Position numbers and translations under genes: made by a program. The notes beneath the pieces are model-generated. The model was not told the DNA's origin. It made no database searches and saw only the letters and a program-made list of their open reading frames with translations. A DNA stretch of 64,000 nt, from contig CAWJJC010000020.1 in assembly GCA_963843145.1 (NCBI GenBank), positions 512,001-576,000 on the forward strand, written 5' to 3'. Shown here piece after piece: positions 18,901 through 28,383 of this stretch. How positions within the stretch are numbered: the first letter of the stretch is position 1; every line of letters begins with the position of its first letter. The DNA is from an uncultured delta proteobacterium. GTDB taxonomy: Bacteria; Desulfobacterota; RBG-13-43-22.

Positions 18901-20386
18901 GCGTGAACTCGCTGCCGGAAATCGGTTCCGGACGCCGCCGGCCGCTGCGGTCCGGCTCGCCGAGCCGCATTCGCAGGCATTCGATGGCCTTGACCCGGCC
19001 GCCTGCGGCGATAACCCGGACCGGATTGGTCAGGGTCAGGATCTCGATTCCTTCTTCCCGGCACTCTTCGATCTCTTCGGCATTGGCCGGCATCTCGTCC
19101 AGGCTGCGCCGGTAGACAATAAAGGGCCGGGCGCTGCCGGTGCGCCGGGCAGTGCGCACCGCATCCATGGCCACGTTGCCGCCGCCGATGACGGCTACCC
19201 GATCGCCCAGATTGACCCGCTTGCCGAGATTGACTTCCCGCAGGAATTCGATCCCCGGATAAACCCCCTTCAAGTCTTCGCCTTCAATTCCCAAGGCCTT
19301 GCACAAATGGGAACCGATCCCCAGGAAAAAGGCCTTATACCCCTGCCGACGCAGCTCACCGATAGTAAAGTCCCTGCCGATCTCCACGCCGGTTTTGAAC
19401 TCGACGCCCAGGGCCCGAATGGTCTCTATTTCGGCCTCGATGATGGAACGGGGCAGCCGGTAGGCGGGAATGCCCACGGTGAGCATGCCCCCGAGAACGG
19501 GCAGCTTTTCAAACACCGTGACCGAATACCCCTCGAGGGCCAGGAAATAGGCGCAGGTCAAACCGGCCGGTCCGGCGCCGATGACGGCCACTTTCTCCGA
19601 CCGGGGGTCTTTTTTCGGCGGCAGGAACGGTACACCGCTCTCCTGGTCCCAATCGGCCAGAAACCGGTGCAGATTCATGATCGCCAGAGGTTCGTCGACC
19701 GCCTGGCGGGTACAGGCCCCCTCACAGGGATGGTGGCAGACGCGGCCGCAGACCCCGGGGAAGGGGTGATCTTTCTTGAACAGCTCTACGGCTTCCCGAT
19801 ATTTGCCAGCGTTGGTCAGGGCGATGTATCCCTGAACGCTCACGTGGGCCGGGCAGGTCGCCCGGCAGGGGGCGGTGCCGCGCTTGGTGATGGCGTAGCC
19901 GCCGGGGATGGCCTGAGCGTACTTCTTAAAGGCCGCCTTTCGCCGGGAAAGGCCCTGGTCATACTCGTTGGGCAGCTCGATGGGGCAGACTTTGGCGCAC
20001 TCCCCGCAACTGGTGCACTTGGAAAGGTCCACGAAGCGGGGTTGCTGCCGGAGTTGGGCTTTGAAATTTCCAGGTTTTCCTTCCAATCCCAGTACCTCGG
20101 TATTGGTCAGAAGTTCGATGTTCAGGTGCCGGCCGACCTCGACCAGTTTGGGCGAGATAATTCACATGGCGCAGTCGTTGGTGGGAAAGGTCTTGTCCAA
20201 CTGCGACATCAATCCCCCGATGGCCGATGAATTTTCCACCAGGTAGACGTAGTATCCGGAGTTGGCCAGGTCCAGCGCGGACTGCATCCCGGCGATACCC
20301 CCGCCAACCACCATCACCGCTCCGACGGGATCCGGGCGTTCACTATCCGGGACCGCCGTCAATCCTCTTTGATCCTTTGATTCCAT
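15906..20386 (-). CDS. hdrL: HdrL-type fusion (HdrA plus GltD/NfnB-like NAD(P)H-binding module), selenoprotein, about 1490 aa; two apparent +1 insertions near 18320 and 18264
   Basis: GGGIAG...[15 protein letters not shown](20162-20164)-IISPKLVEV continues in frame. Inserted module [31 protein letters not shown]. HdrA core resumes [23 protein letters not shown] after the two frameshifts. Confidence 0.88.
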
Positions 20387-20398
20387 AGGTCCTTGCCT

Positions 20399-21268
20399 CT
20401 AAAATTTTTCGATGATTTCCGGCAACTTGTGCTCCCACCCCAGGGTGGAAAGATAAACACCGCTGTACCCTTGTCTCTTGAGATCCGCCACCGTATCCGC
20501 CGCAATCTGGACGCATTCCCGCACCTTATCCGGGGCGGCCGCAATCCGGTCGACGATGGCCTCCGGCATGTAAACATGCGGCAGGTTTTTGGCGATATAG
20601 CGGGCCATCCCCAGGGACTTGAGGAGCAACACCGTAGGAAAGAGCACGACGCTGCGGCGGTCGATCCTTTTTTGGTACGGTTCAAGAAGGGCGGGGTCGA
20701 AAATGGGCGTAGTGATAAAGAACCGCGCACCGACCGCGGCCCGTTTCAGGATCTCCTCCAGCTCCACTTCCGTCGATTTTCCTTTGGATCCCGCTTCGGC
20801 GGTGGTGCCGATCAAAAAATCCGGCGCACCGGATAGTTCGATGCCGGCCATGTCCCGCCCCTCCCGGAGTCGGTCGATGACCCCGATCAGGGTGATCAGA
20901 TCGATGTCGTAAACGGAACGGGCCTGGTGGTGATCCCCGTAGCTGGGGTCCTCTCCGGCGACGGCCATGACGGTAGTGATCCCCAGGGCGTAAGCCGCCA
21001 GCAGATCACCCTGAAGAGCCAGACGGTTGCGGTCCCGGCAGCAGATCTGGAAGATCGTCGGCAGACCTTCGTTTTGCAAAACCATCGCCCCGCCCAGGGA
21101 CCCCATACGCATGACGGCATTGCTCATTTCCGGCACGACGAAGGCATCGACCCCATCTTTAACCCTTTTGGCATTGGTCACCATCTCGGAGACGTCCACC
21201 CCTTTTGGCGGTTCCATTTCTGCCAAAACGACAAATTCCCCTTCCTCGATTTTGTGCTTTAAACGCAT
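20399..21268 (-). CDS. Second, divergent MetF-family methylenetetrahydrofolate reductase
   Basis: EMEPPKG, CRDRNRLALQGDLLAA, GEDPSYGDH and GARFFITTPIFD motifs. Confidence 0.82.
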   Translation of the reverse strand: MRLKHKIEEGEFVVLAEMEPPKGVDVSEMVTNAKRVKDGVDAFVVPEMSNAVMRMGSLGGAMVLQNEGLPTIFQICCRDRNRLALQGDLLAAYALGITTVMAVAGEDPSYGDHHQARSVYDIDLITLIGVIDRLREGRDMAGIELSGAPDFLIGTTAEAGSKGKSTEVELEEILKRAAVGARFFITTPIFDPALLEPYQKRIDRRSVVLFPTVLLLKSLGMARYIAKNLPHVYMPEAIVDRIAAAPDKVRECVQIAADTVADLKRQGYSGVYLSTLGWEHKLPEIIEKF

Positions 21269-21340
21269 CGGCCTGCCTCCGAAGCCAAAAATTTTCCAAA
21301 TTTTTGGCTGAAATAAAATATCCAGCTTAAAATTTAATTG

Positions 21341-21355
21341 GCAACAAATATGCCA
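21341..21355 (-). promoter_or_regulatory. Sigma54 (-24/-12) promoter for the metF2-hdrL-mvhD-metVF operon
   Basis: Minus strand TGGCAT-ATTTG-TTGC (GG-N10-GC), about 70 bp upstream of the metF2 start and adjacent to an NtrC-family activator gene. Confidence 0.75.
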
Positions 21356-21459
21356 CTATCCAGGCAAGGAGGAGTACGAAATATTTATCTAACTAATTCA
21401 ACATGTTAAAAAAATATCGGTCAGCTTTGGTTAGCCGTTGAAAAATTTATTGGACTATG

Positions 21460-21545
21460 CCATTATGGCCTAGGCGCTTTCAATTTTATTTAATATCAAA
21501 AGGTTAACATATCTATTCCATTATGGCCTATTCCATTATGGCCTA
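21460..21545. promoter_or_regulatory. Three copies of CCATTATGGCCTA, candidate upstream activator sequences
   Basis: Copies at 21460, 21518 and 21533; near-palindromic CCATWATGG core; 105-190 bp upstream of the sigma54 site across an AT-rich spacer. Confidence 0.55.
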
Positions 21546-21615
21546 GGCGGGAGAGTGAAAGCCCTCTCCCGCCGACCAGAAAGTCGTTTTTTTGCTTTTT
21601 GCAAGGTTATAAAAT

Positions 21616-22989
21616 ATGACCGGACGGATATTGATCGTCGACGATGATTGGGACTTCCTCGAATTGATGAAGGCACGGTTGACCGGGGCCGGGTTTCAAC
21701 ACGTGCGAATCGAAGACGACCCTTTGAAAGCGGCAGTCTTGATTCAAACCGGAGAAGTGTTCGACATCGCCCTGATCGACATGACCATGCCGGAGATGAA
21801 CGGGCTGGAGTTGCTGGACCTGGTCAAAAACAACAGCCCCCGGACCGAATGCATCATGGTTACGGCCGTGAACGATGTGCGCATAGCCGTTCGCTGCCTT
21901 AGAAAAGGGGCCTACGATTATCTGGTCAAGCCGATCAGCGAAGAGGATCTCGTTTTTTCACTCAGGCGGACCCTCGAAAAAAAAAGGCTTCTGGAGATTC
22001 TGGACCTGGAAAAAAGCAGGGCCTTGCCGGTTTTGTCTCATCCCGAAGCCTTTCAGGCCATCATCACCCGGTCACCGGGGATGCTGCGGCTGCTGAAAGA
22101 GGCCGAGCTGCATAGCGGCAGCGAGGTGCCCATTCTCATTACGGGGGAAAGCGGCACCGGCAAGGAACTTCTGGCCCGGGCCATTCACGCCGTCAGTCCG
22201 CGTGCCCGGTATCCGTTCATGCCGGTCAACATGGCAGCGGTCAGCGCCACCCTGTTTGAAGCCGAATTTTTTGGTCACACCCGGGGCGCCTTTACCGGCG
22301 CGGAGAAGGAACGGCTGGGCTACCTGAAACATGCCAATCATGGAACGTTGTTTTTGGATGAAATCGGCAATCTACCCCAGGAGATGCAGGGCAAGCTGTT
22401 GCGGGTTCTTCAGGATGGTGAATACACCCCGGTGGGCTCCAGCCTCAGCCAAAAGGTGGACGTACGCATCGTGGCCGCCACCAATGAAGATCTGGAAGAA
22501 TTGATATCCAAGAAACTTTTTCGCAAGGACCTATACTACCGGATCCGGGGTGGATGGCTGCACCTGCCGCCACTCCGGGAAAGGCCGGAAGACATCCCCC
22601 TGTTGGTGGACCATTTTCTAGATGAATTCTGCCCCCCGGCCCTGCGCTGCCGGATCGATGAAGAGGCCCTCGCCCTTCTCCGGCAATACCCCTATCCGGG
22701 GAACATTCGGGAACTACGCTCCGTCATCCAATCCGCCGTCAATCTTGCCCAAGGCGGGGCCATCACCTCCGGCCTGCTGCCGGCCCCGTTCCGGGAAAAT
22801 CAAAAACCGCGGCCTGCCAGTCCCCCGGACGATGATCTTGCCGCCGGCCTAACCCTGGCCGACATGGAAAAGGCCTATCTCCTCAAGGTCTACCGGCAGT
22901 TGAAACAAAACAAATCCCAAACCGCCCGCCGGTTGGGAATCGGTCTGAACACCCTGCGAAGGAAATTGAAGGATTTCGGGGTCACCTGA
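21616..22989 (+). CDS. Sigma54-dependent response regulator (REC-AAA+-Fis HTH)
   Basis: REC domain, GESGTGKE, GAFTGA, LFLDEIG, FRKDLYYR, PGNIREL and C-terminal HTH (NKSQTARRLGIGLNTLRRKL). Confidence 0.95.
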   Translation: MTGRILIVDDDWDFLELMKARLTGAGFQHVRIEDDPLKAAVLIQTGEVFDIALIDMTMPEMNGLELLDLVKNNSPRTECIMVTAVNDVRIAVRCLRKGAYDYLVKPISEEDLVFSLRRTLEKKRLLEILDLEKSRALPVLSHPEAFQAIITRSPGMLRLLKEAELHSGSEVPILITGESGTGKELLARAIHAVSPRARYPFMPVNMAAVSATLFEAEFFGHTRGAFTGAEKERLGYLKHANHGTLFLDEIGNLPQEMQGKLLRVLQDGEYTPVGSSLSQKVDVRIVAATNEDLEELISKKLFRKDLYYRIRGGWLHLPPLRERPEDIPLLVDHFLDEFCPPALRCRIDEEALALLRQYPYPGNIRELRSVIQSAVNLAQGGAITSGLLPAPFRENQKPRPASPPDDDLAAGLTLADMEKAYLLKVYRQLKQNKSQTARRLGIGLNTLRRKLKDFGVT

Positions 22990-23051
22990 TCGGCGGGTTT
23001 AATACAAAAGTAAAAGTCAGAACAAGTGGATACGGTATGGGACCAATGGTC

Positions 23052-23114
23052 AACGACTCTCTGATCGTCGCCCTGATGGAGGAAACAGGAATTATTTATT
23101 TGGCAACTAGCGAT
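23052..23114 (+). pseudogene. Remnant of a PIN-domain (VapC-like) toxin C-terminus
   Basis: Reads NDSLIVALMEETGIIYLATSD, the typical PIN D..I.A......I..LAT.D segment; the rest of the gene is absent. Confidence 0.5.
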
Positions 23115-23134
23115 GCCAGTATTCAGTTGTATAA

Positions 23135-23202
23135 AATAGCTTCCTGTACTCCTTCTATTAAAAATTTACCAAAACTGCCAGATTTCGAACGCTATTCGTT
23201 AA
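23135..23202 (+). repeat. Cassette end motif L, copy 1
   Basis: AATAGCTTCCTGTA-N26-CTGCCAGATTTCGAACG, with identical spacing to the copy at 28103. Confidence 0.75.
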
Positions 23203-23566
23203 CGAGGTGGTGAGAGACTCAACCTCCCGTAGGACTTCGTTTTTTTAAGAAGTCTCCCCTTACCGTCTCGGTTCTTCAAGCTCCCCGGCTTTGGCAAAGG
23301 TTTTAGGGATCCGCCACCCGGAAACCCCACAAAAATAAAGTCTTTTCAATCAAAAAATACACTGTTTACCTTATTGCTATCTTTTAATTGATATCGTTAC
23401 GTAAGATCTTAGGGGCATGAAATCCAAGATTTTTCAAGGGATAGCTTAAAAGTCTAATTCCCTTGTGCCTCAATTTGGGACGTCGTTCCGAAATGTTCCC
23501 ACCTGTTAGTCAAACCAAATGATCAGCCGGTAGGTTTTGAATTGAACGGAGCGAAAAGGAGAGAAG

Positions 23567-24821
23567 ATGAAAATCAAGAATTTCAGATTCCCGACGCTTT
23601 TAACGACTGGATTGATGCTGGCCTTGCTTTGGTCCGCGCCTGTCCAGGCCGATGGTGTGGTCACCAATTGCAGCGACGACGTCCAGTTCAGCAAGCTAAT
23701 GTCCGGCGGCGGGACCGTTACGTTTAGCTGCGGTACGGCACTGATCAACCTGAACAGCACCCAGATCATCCCCCCTGCCGCCAATACGACGATTGACGGC
23801 GGCGGGCAGATCACGCTGAGCGGGCAGAACGCGCGGCAGTTGTTTGTTGTCAGCACCGGGGCCTCGCTGACGCTGTGCGATATTGTGCTGACGAACGGCT
23901 TTAGCGGCGGTGACGCCGGGGCGATCTTGAATGACATAGGCGGAGTGTTAATCCTGGAGAACAGCGCCATCCGGGACAGCAACGCCGGCCTTAGTGGCGG
24001 CGCGATAGTCAGCTACGGACCGCTGACCATTACCAACAGCCGCTTGGAAGGCAACCGGGCGCTCAACGGCGGTGCTTTGTATCCGCGTTTTGCCGGTGCA
24101 GCAACGAAGATCGTCAACAGTGTGCTGCGGGATAACCACGCCACGGACACGACCACCAATGGCTGGGGCGGGGCCATCCTGGCCTGGGATGGGGCGCGGG
24201 TGACGATTGAGGGCAGCGAGATCTTCAGCAACAGTGCGCAATATGGCGGTGGTATCTACAACAACCTCCTCAACTCGTCGGTCACTCTCAACGGAAGCAC
24301 ACTTCATGACAACACGGGGCGGCATCTACAACTTCGGCGCCACGGCGACGCTGACCAACGTCACGCTTAGCGGCAACTGGGCAACCTACCACGGCGGCGG
24401 CATATACCATTATGGCGGTACTGGTCAGACGATCACACTCAAGAACACCATCGTCGCAAAAGGCAGTTCGGGTGAAAACCGCGACATAGAACCTGGCAGT
24501 GTGACGAGCATCACATCGAACAACTACAATCTCTCCAGCGATGATTCGTGCACGCTGTACTTTAATCAGGGTCACGACCAGAACAATCAGTCCGCACAAC
24601 TCGGACCGCTCGCAAACAGCGGCGGATCCACACTGACACAATTGCCGCTGCCGCCTATCAAGAACGGCATCGGTCCGATTGATAATGGCACACGCCCTAA
24701 CGGATCGTTTGACCAACGCGGCGTGTCGCGACCACAAGGCGCGGCGTGTGATATCGGCGCCGTGGGGTACCGCACGGGTGAAGAGTTGCTGAAACTGTAT
24801 CTGCCGCTGATTGTGCGATAA
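23567..24821 (+). CDS. Secreted beta-helix (Pmp-like GGAI/GGGI repeat) protein with choice-of-anchor-Q-like C-terminal domain; frameshifted near 24317
   Basis: Signal peptide, GGTVTFSCG, TIDGGGQITLSG, GGAI repeats, LGPLANSGGSTLT, DQRGVSRPQGAACDIGAV, ends LYLPLIVR. Split over ORFs 23567-24370 and 24207-24821. Confidence 0.75.
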
Positions 24822-24835
24822 ATTCACCCGGTGTT

Positions 24836-24869
24836 ACTGGGAATCGGCAATGCCGGTTCCCAGTTTTTT
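24836..24869 (+). terminator. Intrinsic terminator
   Basis: ACTGGGAATCGGCA-A-TGCCGGTTCCCAGT followed by TTTTT. Confidence 0.75.
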
Positions 24870-25085
24870 ACGCCGGTTAGTGTTCCACGCGGACGTGGAG
24901 TATAATAAACCATTTCACCGAGGGGGAAAACAAAATGAATCTACATCACTTGCTCCATGCGCCGGGAAGGCGATGGATGATTCTGTTGACATTTGCTATC
25001 TCGGCGCTCGCCGAATCCGACTGAGATGCTCGTGGTGCATAACCTCGGAACGCAGTAAACGTGTGAACAATTTCAGGAGGGATAA

Positions 25086-26864
25086 ATGAACACACACATC
25101 TTTCGATTTCTTTTCAGCAGAAGATCTGCGTTGATGATCGCATTGTTGCTGTTCCTAAAACCGACACCGGCGCTGGCTGGCGGCGTCGTCGGCAGCGGAA
25201 CGCCGGGCAGTTGCACCGAATCGGCGCTCGACAGCGCTTTAGCCGGCGGCGGGAGTGTAACTTTTAACTGCGGCGGAGCGGCGTCCATTCTCATTCAAAG
25301 TGTCAAGGTCATTAGCCAGACCACGACGATTGATGGCGGCAGTCAAATCACGCTGACTGGCAATCTCACCACACGCCTGTTCACGAATAGCGCGACTTTG
25401 ACGCTGCAAAATATCATCCTCGACCGCGCTGGCAGCACGGGCTCGGATGGCGGCGCGATTACCAACAGCGGCACGTTGAATTTGCAGAACAGCACGATTC
25501 AGAATAGCCAGACCGATAACAATCACAGCGGCGGCGCGATTTTCAGTTCAGGTCCGGTGAACATCAGCAACAGCACCTTGAAGAATAACACCGGCGGCAG
25601 CGCGGGGGCGATGTTCATAAATAGTGCGCTTGCAGTCGCGCGAATCAGTAACAGTACGTTCAGCAACAACAAAACGACAAATACGATCACCGGCTTTGGC
25701 GGCGCCATCTGGGTGGGCGAGCAAGCGCAAGTCTCCATCACGGGCGGCGCGATCATCAGCAACTCGGCTCAATATGGCGGCGGCCTGTACCTATCCGCAA
25801 ACGCGACGGTCACACTCTCGTCCGCGGGCGCACCGGCGATTGTCGCTGGCAATTCAGCGACGACTTCCGGCGGTGGTGTCGACAACAGTGGTGGCCATGT
25901 GACGCTGACGAACGTCACGTTCAGCGGTAATTCGGCTGGATATGGCGGCGGTCTGACCAACGACCAGGTTAGCGGCATGGCGACCCTGACCAACGTAACG
26001 CTCAGCAGTAATTCCGCCGCCGTTGGCGGGGGCGGCATTTACAACAACCATGGCACGGCGATGTTGGCGAACGTCATCATCATCGGCAACGTGGTGACCA
26101 ACACTTTCGGCTCACCAACGTACGGCGGCGGCATTGAGAATTACGGCACGCTGACGCTGACCAACTCCACGCTGAGCGGCAACCTCGCAACCGGCAACTT
26201 CGGTGGGTTGTCTTTTGGCGGCGGCTTATACAACAACTTCTACACCAGCCAGGACACGGCGACAGTGATTAACTCCACCCTGAGCGGTAACTCAGCCTAT
26301 GCCGGCGGCGGCATTCTCAACGTTGGCACCCTCACGCTGACCAACTCCACCCTTAGTGCCAACTCGGCGACCACTACCGGCGGCGGCATTGAGAACTACC
26401 AAGGCACGGCGATGGTGATTAACGTCACGCTCAGCGGCAACTCGGCCAATACCGGCGGCGGCATCTTCCAACAGAGCCAGGCTCCCACTCAGACTATCAC
26501 TTTGAAGAACACAATATTGGTGAGCGGGCCGTCAGGCGCCAACTGCTACGAAGATCCATCGAGCATTGGTAGCCTCCTGTCGAATGGGTACAATCTCACC
26601 AGTGAGGGAACCTGCGCGCCGTATATCCACAACACCGGCGATGTGAACAACGAGAATCCCAATCTCGGACCGCTGGCCAATAATGGGGGGCCCACCTTGA
26701 CCCATATGCCCCAGGCCGGCAGTCCAGCCATTGACCACGGGTCCGAATGCCCGGCCTTCGACCAGCGCGGCGCCGCCCGGCCGGTGGGTCCGGCCTGCGA
26801 CATCGGCGCGGTCGAGTATGGAGTGCTCCTGCCAAGGCTGTATCTGCCGCTGATCTTAAAATAA
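25086..26864 (+). CDS. Secreted beta-helix repeat protein with choice-of-anchor-Q-like domain
   Basis: Signal peptide, VVGSGTPGSCTE, TLTNSTLSGN repeats, LGPLANNGGPTLTHMPQAGSPAID, DQRG..RP.GPACDIGAVE, ends LYLPLILK. Confidence 0.85.
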   Translation: MNTHIFRFLFSRRSALMIALLLFLKPTPALAGGVVGSGTPGSCTESALDSALAGGGSVTFNCGGAASILIQSVKVISQTTTIDGGSQITLTGNLTTRLFTNSATLTLQNIILDRAGSTGSDGGAITNSGTLNLQNSTIQNSQTDNNHSGGAIFSSGPVNISNSTLKNNTGGSAGAMFINSALAVARISNSTFSNNKTTNTITGFGGAIWVGEQAQVSITGGAIISNSAQYGGGLYLSANATVTLSSAGAPAIVAGNSATTSGGGVDNSGGHVTLTNVTFSGNSAGYGGGLTNDQVSGMATLTNVTLSSNSAAVGGGGIYNNHGTAMLANVIIIGNVVTNTFGSPTYGGGIENYGTLTLTNSTLSGNLATGNFGGLSFGGGLYNNFYTSQDTATVINSTLSGNSAYAGGGILNVGTLTLTNSTLSANSATTTGGGIENYQGTAMVINVTLSGNSANTGGGIFQQSQAPTQTITLKNTILVSGPSGANCYEDPSSIGSLLSNGYNLTSEGTCAPYIHNTGDVNNENPNLGPLANNGGPTLTHMPQAGSPAIDHGSECPAFDQRGAARPVGPACDIGAVEYGVLLPRLYLPLILK

Positions 26865-26914
26865 TTAAGCCAGGTCCGTTGCAAGGGCGATATAACGACA
26901 GACTATTTTCGAAT

Positions 26915-26988
26915 AGATTTCGAACCATAATCCTTAAATCTGGTGGATAATAAAAATCAGCAGTAGTAGGTGAATTCAATGAGGCCAG
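26915..26988 (+). repeat. Cassette end motif R, copy 1 (contains inverted AGATTT...AAATCT core)
   Basis: AGATTTCGAAC-CA-TAATCCTT-N21-TCAGCAGTAGTAGGTGAA, then GAGGCCAG. Same spacing as the copy at 30107. Confidence 0.75.
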
Positions 26989-27160
26989 AAATATTATTTA
27001 AAATAAGGTAGTTATGGATTGGCCTCCGAGGATACATTCTCATTTCTTAGATTATTTTCAGGTCCCTTTTCCGACCATCCGGCAGACTTTTTATTTGCCT
27101 TTGAACTCTTCATAATGGGGGGACCCCCATTAATCTCCAATCCTACCAAGGAGGTACCGT

Positions 27161-28001
27161 ATGAAGACCAAAGAGGCCATTTCCTTGTTCCAAACTTATC
27201 AGAGGTCCAGTCATCGGAAAAGGACCCTCCAGAGCTATCTGCCGATGCTCAACCAGTTCAAGGCCCTGTACGGGGAAACGGTATTTGAAAATCTCGGGTC
27301 TGATGAGGTTATACCGCTTTCTGGAAAGCCTGACCCAGGGCCTGGCCCGATCAACCCGGAGACTCCGGTATGCCCAGCTCAAATCCTTTTTCAATTTTGT
27401 CATCAACCGGTGCGATCTGGACATAAAAAATCCTTGCAACACGTCGCTGCTCTCCAAGACCTTCCGGACCCCGAAACAGAGCCCCAGGAGAATTTTCGAA
27501 AAAGAGGCGATCCATGAGATTATCTACAACACCAAAAACCTCCGAGACCGGTTGATCCTGGAACTCCAGGCTCGCTGTGGGCTTCGGGTCGGGGAGTCTT
27601 TAAAGATCAAGGTATCGTATATCTCGGAGAGGAAAATAGTCCTCCGGGAGCCGGAGTCCGGGAAAGATGCCGAGGTGGCCTATATGCCGGAGCCGATTGC
27701 CAAGCGTTTGGAGGAATATGTCCGAACCCAAAAACTGGGGCCGGATGATCGTCTTTTCCCGGTTTCTTATTCAACGGTCAGGTCATTGATCAAAAGCCTT
27801 GGGTCCCAGCTTAAAATTTCGATCAGGCCCCATGACCTCCGGCGGCATTCGGCCACTTATGCCAGTCGAAATGGGGTCCCCTTGGAGATTGTTTCCAAGG
27901 TGATTTTGAGGCACCAGGACCTGAAGACCACCCAGGCCTATTTGGGCAGGGTGAGCGAGACGGAAGCCATCCGGTGGATGGACATCATTCACGGGAAGTA
28001 G
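27161..28001 (+). CDS. Small tyrosine recombinase/integrase (about 280 aa), one +1 frameshift near 27310
   Basis: N-terminal SAM-like region; RDRLILELQARCGLRVGE (catalytic R), PHDLRRH, ILRHQDLKTTQAYL (H and Y). AAGGAGG RBS before 27161. Confidence 0.88.
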
Positions 28002-28102
28002 GCAGGTTAACCTGTTGATTACCATTATAAATATGGAGGTTTTGGGGGTGTTTTTGAGGCGGCCTGGTGGAGGTTTTTAGGGAGACCGGGGGCTATCCGA
28101 AC

Positions 28103-28170
28103 AATAGCTTCCTGTAGTTTTGTTTTAGAATTATGGCCTGACCTGCCAGATTTCAAACGAAAATTATTAG
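28103..28170 (+). repeat. Cassette end motif L, copy 2
   Basis: AATAGCTTCCTGTA-N26-CTGCCAGATTTCAAACG. Confidence 0.75.
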
Positions 28171-28383
28171 TCATCACCCAAATAGACACGGTGAAGGTAT
28201 CCCCAGCTTTTTTCCACGAGCCTATCCCTACCAGGATCAATAAAATACTCTTTTTGCCTTATTGACATTGAGTCTTTCCCGATCAATAATTCATTAATAT
28301 TATGAAGATACTAATATTTCCAGGTTAGGGGTCCTGCTGTAAGTTTGAATAAACCACTATTGAGCGATGGAGGCCTGTCAGCG

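Noticed and set aside
16155-20230. Long plus-strand ORFs (701 aa and 606 aa), and similar long antisense ORFs such as 312-1277, 6117-7181 and 31246-32526
   Set aside because: They are antisense shadows of GC-rich genuine genes, with no recognisable motifs.
26915-28170. Classical integron (IntI/attI/attC) or Xer/dif site
   Set aside because: The recombinase is short and lacks the IntI-specific insertion, no attC-type GTTRRRY hairpins flank the cargo, and the core only loosely resembles the XerD arm.
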